DNA of 64,000 bases from Escherichia phage vB_EcoM_SQ17: sequence record MW882907; one strand, given 5' to 3'. The first letter of the stretch is position 1; each line of letters opens with the position of its first letter. Of the stretch, positions 58,039-64,000 are shown piece after piece. The notes beneath the pieces are model-generated. The model was not told the origin of the DNA and did not search any database. It saw only the letters and a list, made by a program, of their open reading frames with translations. The translations under genes were made by a program, and so were the position numbers.

Positions 58039-59591
58039 GTAACAATACATATCAACACGTTTCGAACGAATCTGTATATGTTGAATTTGACCCTACCGGG
58101 TCAAATTTTGATAGTTCAATAACCAATGTCCAGGCAGCCTTAGCCTCAATTAGCGCATATGGTGTTAAAGGTGTTCCGGAAGCAAGCGAAGCAGAAAAAG
58201 GTGTAATTCAATTAGCGTCAGAACAAGAAGTTCTTGATGGATTTAATAGTACTAAAGCCGTTACACCAGCAACATTAAATGCAAGACTTCAGTATCCGAA
58301 CGCGTCAGAAACACAGTACGGCGTAACTAAATATGCAACACAAGAGGAGGCCATTGCTGGCACTTTAGACACTGTTTCTATTACTCCGCTTAAATTAAAC
58401 CAAACTATTGATAACACTTTCTCTACTCGGTATTCAACAGAAACAACTAACGGTGTTATTAAAATTGCAACTCAAACCGCGGCACTTGCTGGATCTGATG
58501 ACACCACAGCAATGACTCCGCTTAAAACGCAACAATTAGCAATAAAATTAATTTCTCAAATAGCTCCTAATAACGACCCGGCTTCAGAATCTATTACCGG
58601 TGTTGTGCGTTTAGCTACGGTGGCTCAAACACGTCAAGGAACTCTTCGCGAAGGATATGCAATTTCCCCGTATACCTTTATGAATTCTGTTGCAACACAA
58701 GAATATAAAGGTGTTATACGTCTAGGAACACAAGCGGAAATTAATAGCAATTTGGGAGATGTTGCTGTAACAGGTGAAACGCTAAATGGTAGAGGAGCTA
58801 CCGGTTCTATGCGTGGAGTCGTAAAATTAACGACGCAGGCTGGTATTGCCCCTGAAGGCGATAGCTCTGGAGCATTAGCATGGAACGCAGATGTAATTAA
58901 TACACGCGGTGGGCAAACTATTAATGGTTCTTTAAATTTAGATCACCTCACAGCAAATGGAATTTGGTCGCGTGGCGGAATGTGGAAAAACGGTGACCAG
59001 CCAGTTGCAACAGAGAGATATGCATCTGAACGTGTTCCTGTTGGAACAATTCAAATGTTCGCAGGTGATAGCGCTCCTCCAGGTTGGGTTTTATGTCATG
59101 GTGGGACCATTTCTGGAGACCAATTTCCGGACTATCGAAATGTGGTCGGAACAAGATTTGGCGGTGATTGGAATAATCCTGGTATTCCTGATATGCGAGG
59201 TCTTTTTGTTAGAGGAGCTGGCACAGGCAGTCATATTTTAAATCAACGCGGACAAGATGGTTATGGGAAGGATAGACTTGGTGTAGGATGTGACGGAATG
59301 CATGTTGGCGGTGTTCAGGCACAACAAATGTCATACCATAAACATGCTGGTGCCTGGGGGGAAAATGGAAATAGCAGAGGTTATGCACCGTTTGGAGCAT
59401 CTAATGGCAATGGATATTTAGGCAATGGTAAAAGCGCCGACTGGGACAACCATTTGTTCTTTACTAACGACGGATTTGAAATGGGTGGTGCTCGTGACTC
59501 GTTTGGCACGTTAAACCGTGAAGGATTAATTGGTTATGAAACTAGACCATGGAATATATCATTAAATTATATTATTAAAGTCCATTACTAA
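58035..59591 (+). CDS. 12: short tail fiber protein gp12
   Basis: 518-aa ORF with repetitive central region and C-terminal receptor-binding domain; ATGA overlap with gene 11. Confidence 0.9.
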   Translation: MSNNTYQHVSNESVYVEFDPTGSNFDSSITNVQAALASISAYGVKGVPEASEAEKGVIQLASEQEVLDGFNSTKAVTPATLNARLQYPNASETQYGVTKYATQEEAIAGTLDTVSITPLKLNQTIDNTFSTRYSTETTNGVIKIATQTAALAGSDDTTAMTPLKTQQLAIKLISQIAPNNDPASESITGVVRLATVAQTRQGTLREGYAISPYTFMNSVATQEYKGVIRLGTQAEINSNLGDVAVTGETLNGRGATGSMRGVVKLTTQAGIAPEGDSSGALAWNADVINTRGGQTINGSLNLDHLTANGIWSRGGMWKNGDQPVATERYASERVPVGTIQMFAGDSAPPGWVLCHGGTISGDQFPDYRNVVGTRFGGDWNNPGIPDMRGLFVRGAGTGSHILNQRGQDGYGKDRLGVGCDGMHVGGVQAQQMSYHKHAGAWGENGNSRGYAPFGASNGNGYLGNGKSADWDNHLFFTNDGFEMGGARDSFGTLNREGLIGYETRPWNISLNYIIKVHY

Positions 59592-59600
59592 GGGTAAAAA

Positions 59601-61043
59601 ATGATCGAATTAAAAAGTCTACCATATGTTGATGGCCCTCCTGATGAGGGTCAAAAACGTTTAAACTGGATTAAAAATTCAGAAGAAATAACTGGCGCTG
59701 ATACGTTATACGGTTCTGAAGGAGTAATGAACCGTCCAATAACAGAAGTTCAACGAAATGTAGAAACAATTAACGATAACGTTAAGACTATCGCAGAATC
59801 TTTAGATACCGCTAATGCTGATATTGTCACAATTAAAAGTATCTTGGATGTTTCTGGTGACGTAGATGCTTTAGCACAAATTGGACATAACACCGATGAT
59901 ATTGAAGTATTAAAACACACCGTAAATTCACACGGTGTTGATATTTTAAACACTGAAGAAAAACTAGATGATACTATTGCTAATATCGGAGTAGTTAATC
60001 CAGAAACAGATTCGGTGTATCGTACGGTGCGTAACGACCTTCTTTGGATTAAAACCGAATTAGGGCAATATACTGGACAAGATATTAATGGTGTCCCTAC
60101 CGAAGGTAATGAAAGCACCGGGATGAAACGACGTATTATTACTAACAGTTCAGTGTTGGTTGACCAAGGCGTTCGTTTAACCGAGTTAGAAAATAAATTT
60201 GCCGATTCTGATGTTGGGGCTCTGACAACCGAAGTTGAAAACCTCCGTCAAGAAATAGGTCCTAGACCATCGTTAACAGTACCGGTTTACACTCTTTTAT
60301 CTGGTATTGATTCATCCATTTCTATCCAAACCAGAGATATTGCGGCATTAAAAGATTTTGTTGGATATCCTAATTCAACCGCTATTAAAACTCAAGTCGA
60401 GGCCAATCGTCTTTCTATATCAACAATAAATTCAGACATTAACTCGCCTGGTGGTATTAAACCACGTTTGACAACGTTAGAAACTACTATAGGCTCTCCG
60501 GATTTACCGACTACTCTTCAGGGTAAGATCAAATTAAATACCGATTCTATTTCAGGTATTAACACAGTTTTAGGTGTTGATTCTTCTAGCGGTTTACGTT
60601 TTAACGTAGCATGGCTTAATCAGGTGGTTGGCGTCGATTCAAATGGTGGACAACCTGAACCGGCTGGTTCACTTTTATATAGGACTCGTATTCTTGAAAC
60701 TGATGTTACTGACCTAGGCAATAACATTCAAAACGTTCAAACCGAATTGGGAACTAATTCGTCCGGTATTAAAGGACAAGTGACTAGTTTAAATAAACTT
60801 ATAAGCGGAACCAACCCAAACGGTCAAACCGTAGAAGAACGTGGTATATTGCCAACAGTTAAAAACCATGATACGACAATTAATGGTTTAACTTCTATAA
60901 TTGCTACTCTTGAAACTGATTTGGCCGCTGCAGAAGCAGAAATTCAGGCCCTTAAAGAGGCTGGATATATCGAAGATGCTCCTTCAGACGGTAAATTCTA
61001 TGTTCGTAAAGACGGTGCATGGGTTGAACTTCCTACAGCTTAA
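59601..61043 (+). CDS. wac: fibritin (whisker) Wac
   Basis: 480-aa coiled-coil ORF ending with foldon-like GYIEDAPSDGKFYVRKDGAWVELPTA. Confidence 0.9.
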   Translation: MIELKSLPYVDGPPDEGQKRLNWIKNSEEITGADTLYGSEGVMNRPITEVQRNVETINDNVKTIAESLDTANADIVTIKSILDVSGDVDALAQIGHNTDDIEVLKHTVNSHGVDILNTEEKLDDTIANIGVVNPETDSVYRTVRNDLLWIKTELGQYTGQDINGVPTEGNESTGMKRRIITNSSVLVDQGVRLTELENKFADSDVGALTTEVENLRQEIGPRPSLTVPVYTLLSGIDSSISIQTRDIAALKDFVGYPNSTAIKTQVEANRLSISTINSDINSPGGIKPRLTTLETTIGSPDLPTTLQGKIKLNTDSISGINTVLGVDSSSGLRFNVAWLNQVVGVDSNGGQPEPAGSLLYRTRILETDVTDLGNNIQNVQTELGTNSSGIKGQVTSLNKLISGTNPNGQTVEERGILPTVKNHDTTINGLTSIIATLETDLAAAEAEIQALKEAGYIEDAPSDGKFYVRKDGAWVELPTA

Positions 61044-61049
61044 TGAAAA

Positions 61050-61063
61050 GGGCCTTCGGGCCC
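61050..61063 (+). other. GC hairpin (GGGCC-TTCG-GGCCC) after wac
   Basis: Same stem/tetraloop as hairpin at 24874..24887; no U-tract, likely RNA stability element or weak terminator. Confidence 0.35.
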
Positions 61064-61075
61064 TAAAGGATTTAT

Positions 61076-62002
61076 ATGTCAGGTTATAATGCACAAAACC
61101 CTAAAGAATTAAAGGACGTAATATTACGTCGTTTAGGCGCTCCTATTGTAAATGTTGAATTAACTACAGATCAAATTTATGATTGTATTTCACGAGCGTT
61201 AGAACTTTATGGCGAATACCATTTTGACGGGTTGAATAAAGGTTTCCATGTATTTTTTGTTGATGATGAAGAAAAATACCGTCACGGCGTATTTGATATG
61301 CGCGGTTCTAACGTATTTGCCGTAACAAGAATTATAAGAACAAACGTTGGCTCTATTACTTCAATGGACGGTAATGCAACTTATCCTTGGTTCACTGATT
61401 TCCTTTTAGGAATGGCAGGTGTTTCTGGTGGCATGGGTAGTAATTGTGGTAAATTCTACGGACCGAACGCTTTTGGCGCTGACCTTGGGTATTATTCTCA
61501 ATTAGTATCTTATATGGGTATGCTTCAAGATATGATTGCTCCTCTTCCAGATTTTTGGTTTAACTCTGCAAACGAGCAATTAAAAGTAATGGGTAACTTT
61601 AGACAGAAAGACGTCATTATCGTTGAATCGTATGTTCGCTCTTATATCGAGACCCATAAGATGGTAGGAAATACAGTAGGGTACGGCCAGGTCGGTCCTC
61701 GTGATTCATGGTCTATTTCTGAGCGGTATGACAACCCGGACCATAATTTGGTCGGACGTCGAGTTGGTGAAGATCCTGCAACTAAACAAGGCGCATATAA
61801 CAACCGCTGGGTTAAAGATTATGCAACTGCATTAGCTAAAGAGCTTAATGGGCAAATTCTTGCTAAACATCAAGGTATGATGTTACCAGGTGGCGTCACT
61901 GTTGATGGCGTTCGATTAATTGAGGAAGCTCGTTTAGAGAAAGAAGCTTTACGAGAAGAGTTATATTTACTGGACCCTCCTGCTGGTATTTTGGTAGGTT
62001 AA
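61076..62002 (+). CDS. 13: neck protein gp13
   Basis: 308-aa ORF; size and position match T4 gp13. Confidence 0.85.
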   Translation: MSGYNAQNPKELKDVILRRLGAPIVNVELTTDQIYDCISRALELYGEYHFDGLNKGFHVFFVDDEEKYRHGVFDMRGSNVFAVTRIIRTNVGSITSMDGNATYPWFTDFLLGMAGVSGGMGSNCGKFYGPNAFGADLGYYSQLVSYMGMLQDMIAPLPDFWFNSANEQLKVMGNFRQKDVIIVESYVRSYIETHKMVGNTVGYGQVGPRDSWSISERYDNPDHNLVGRRVGEDPATKQGAYNNRWVKDYATALAKELNGQILAKHQGMMLPGGVTVDGVRLIEEARLEKEALREELYLLDPPAGILVG

Positions 62003-62003
62003 T

Positions 62004-62639
62004 ATGGCAACATACTACAGATTGTATATTACAACATTTGAAACATCCACCGGTATAAAGATTTATGGTGGTAAACACAAATCAGTTTACGAAGACCCTT
62101 CAAAAGACCCTTATACCGGGTCTGGTACCTTTATACGAAGGGCCAAAAGAAAATACGGTCCGTCTTGTATAAAAGAAATTATATGGTCTAAGCCATTTGA
62201 ATCTAAAGCTCTAATGGATGAAGCTGAAGAGTTACTGGTAGATGAATTATCCATTTTAGAAAATTGCGCAAATCTTGTTAAAGGTGGTGCAGGCGGAAGG
62301 TCGTATATTAACCCAGAAGATAATCCATCTATAGGACAAAAACGTTCAGCCCAATCTAAAAAGAAAATGTCTGACGCCGCAAAATCAAGAAAATGGACTG
62401 AAGAAGGGTTAAGAAAACGTAAAGAATCTACAGCAAGAATGTGGAAAGATTTCAAACATAGACATCCTGATTTTTCTGGTTCAAAAAATCCAGCAGCTCG
62501 AAAAGTTAGTGTAAATGGTAAAATATTTAACACCTGCAAAGAATGTGGTGAAGAATTTAATATCACATCAAGCGCGGTTATAGGCCGATGCAAAAACAAC
62601 AAACCTAAATGGGCAGGATGGAATTATGTCGACGTATAA
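62004..62639 (+). CDS. Seg-like GIY-YIG homing endonuclease (free-standing, between genes 13 and 14)
   Basis: 211-aa ORF; N-terminal [23 protein letters not shown] (degenerate GIY...YIG), basic NUMOD-like C-terminal region and CKECGEE...C zinc motif. Confidence 0.5.
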   Translation: MATYYRLYITTFETSTGIKIYGGKHKSVYEDPSKDPYTGSGTFIRRAKRKYGPSCIKEIIWSKPFESKALMDEAEELLVDELSILENCANLVKGGAGGRSYINPEDNPSIGQKRSAQSKKKMSDAAKSRKWTEEGLRKRKESTARMWKDFKHRHPDFSGSKNPAARKVSVNGKIFNTCKECGEEFNITSSAVIGRCKNNKPKWAGWNYVDV

Positions 62640-63390
62640 TTCAAATTTATTTGCAAAGTTAGAAAACCGAGAAGGCTATTCTAAAACTAATGAAACCGAG
62701 ATTTTAAACAAATACGTGAACTTCAACAAATACGAAAATAGTCAAACCCTAGCTGATGTGTTAGTAGCAGAAAGCATACAGATGCGCGGTATTGAATGTT
62801 TTTATGTTCCACGTGAATATGTTGCTGTGGACCTTATCTTTGGTGAGGACCTTAAAAATAAATTTACTAAAGCATGGAAATTTGCTGCATATCTGAACTC
62901 ATTTGAAGGTTATGAAGGAGCGAAATCGTTCTTCAGCAACTTCGGAATGCAAGTTCAAGACGAAGTTACATTATCTATTAACCCAGGTCTTTTCAAACAC
63001 CAGGTCAACAATCAGGAGCCCAAGGAAGGTGATTTAATATACTTCCCAATGGACAACAGTTTGTTTGAGATTAACTGGGTTGAACCATATGACCCATTCT
63101 ATCAAGTAGGTAAAAATGCGATTCGTAAAATTACTGCAGGCAAGTTTATTTACTCTGGTGAAGAAATCAATCCGGTGCTTCAGAAAAATGAAGGTATCAA
63201 TATACCTGAATTTAGTGACTTGGAACTTAACCCTGTTAGAAATCTTGACGGTATCCATGACATTAATATCGATGAATATTCTGAAGTTGAGCAAATCAAT
63301 TCAGAGGCAAGTGAATACGTTGAGCCGTATGTAGTAGTTAACAACCGTGGTAGACAAAATTCACCCTTTGATGACGGATTTATGAATTAA
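62626..63390 (+). CDS. 14: neck protein gp14
   Basis: 254-aa ORF; size and position match T4 gp14. Confidence 0.85.
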   Translation: MSTYNSNLFAKLENREGYSKTNETEILNKYVNFNKYENSQTLADVLVAESIQMRGIECFYVPREYVAVDLIFGEDLKNKFTKAWKFAAYLNSFEGYEGAKSFFSNFGMQVQDEVTLSINPGLFKHQVNNQEPKEGDLIYFPMDNSLFEINWVEPYDPFYQVGKNAIRKITAGKFIYSGEEINPVLQKNEGINIPEFSDLELNPVRNLDGIHDINIDEYSEVEQINSEASEYVEPYVVVNNRGRQNSPFDDGFMN

Positions 63391-63442
63391 TAAATAGATA
63401 AGATAAAGCAAACACCGGTCGAAAGGCCGGTTAGGAGAAATG

Positions 63443-64000
63443 ATGTTTGGTTATTTTTACAACTCGTCGTTCAGGCGATATATCACAATGATGGGCGATT
63501 TGTTTTCAAATATCCAAGTTAACCGTCAATTGTCTACAGGCAATAAATTAATTAGAGTTCCTATTACGTACGCATCTAAAGAGCACTTTATGATGAAACT
63601 TAATAAATGGACCTCTATAAACTCACAAGAAGATGTGGCTAAAGTCGAAACTATTCTACCACGTATAAATCTCCAAATGGTAGATTTCGTTTATAACCCA
63701 ACGTTTAAAACGAATATATTGAATAACTCTCTTTTGAGTAAATCGACTAAGGATATTGTAGACCAATACAACCCATCACCAATTAAAATGATTTTTGAAC
63801 TGAGCATCTTTACTCGTTATGAAGATGATATGTTCCAAATCGTTGAGCAAATTATTCCATATTTTCAGCCGCATTTTAATACGACTATGATTGAGCAATA
63901 TGGGCAGGATATTCCATTTGAAAGGGATATTAAAGTCGTATGGATGTCAGCAGCAATGGATGAACAAATAGACGGTGATAATTTATCCCGTCGACGTTTA
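63443..64000 (+). CDS. 15: tail sheath stabilizer/completion protein gp15, N-terminal portion (runs off window end)
   Basis: ATG at 63443 after AGGAGA SD: MFGYFYNSSFRRYITMMGDLFSNIQ...; in frame exactly to position 64000; not in track because truncated. Confidence 0.85.
   Translation, partial: MFGYFYNSSFRRYITMMGDLFSNIQVNRQLSTGNKLIRVPITYASKEHFMMKLNKWTSINSQEDVAKVETILPRINLQMVDFVYNPTFKTNILNNSLLSKSTKDIVDQYNPSPIKMIFELSIFTRYEDDMFQIVEQIIPYFQPHFNTTMIEQYGQDIPFERDIKVVWMSAAMDEQIDGDNLSRRRL

Noticed and set aside
46814-62602. Minus-strand ORFs inside late genes 5, 7, 10, 12, wac, 13 and the Seg-like ORF (for example 47283..47603, 51638..51841, 56629..56925, 59750..60118, 62111..62602)
   Set aside because: All are antisense to long, motif-supported plus-strand structural genes.
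63391-63440. Possible late promoter and hairpin between genes 14 and 15 (TAATAAATA, ACCGG-tcgaaagg-CCGGT)
   Set aside because: The promoter-like sequence is AATAAATA rather than TATAAATA and the hairpin has only a 5-bp stem; too weak to annotate.

Overview
This window is a 64-kb slice of a T4-like (Tevenvirinae) myovirus genome, apparently of the RB69 / Mosigvirus type rather than T4 itself. The call rests on the gp43 N-terminus (MKEFYLTVEQIGDSIFERYID...) and gp45 (MKLSKDTIAILKNFASINSGILL...), matched from memory; nothing was searched. Positions 1-45383 are a dense minus-strand block of early/middle genes: DNA polymerase 43 (truncated), regA, clamp loader 62/44, clamp 45, rpbA, recombination nuclease 46/47 with an HNH endonuclease ORF between them, late sigma 55, nrdH, nrdG, nrdD split by a group I intron carrying a GIY-YIG (I-TevII-like) ORF, endonuclease VII (49), nrdC, a hyperplastic block of unknown ORFs, rI, tk, a macro-domain-like ORF, regB, Acb2-like and GrcA-like genes, denV, lysozyme e, nudE, six internal-protein genes with capsid-targeting N-termini, 57B (Acb1)/57A and genes 1, 3, 2, 4. 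From 45445 onward the plus strand carries late baseplate, tail-fibre and neck genes 53, 5, 5.1, 5.4, 6, 7, 8, 9, 10, 11, 12, wac, 13, a Seg-like GIY-YIG ORF, 14 and the start of 15. Many T4-type early promoters (GTTTAC -35, A/T-rich -10) sit on the minus strand, and late TATAAATA promoters flank late genes. No tRNA, rRNA or CRISPR array was found by eye. Relative to the T4 layout, alpha-glucosyltransferase, mobC, mobD and the tRNA cluster are missing. The most interesting candidates are the diversified internal-protein array, an NTase-fold / P-loop ATPase cluster, the macro-domain-like ORF, tandem small paralogs sharing a GW-x-SS-x-x-C C-terminus, and a GrcA-like gene whose 3' half has host-like codon usage. 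All coordinates derived by hand may be off by 1-3 nt.
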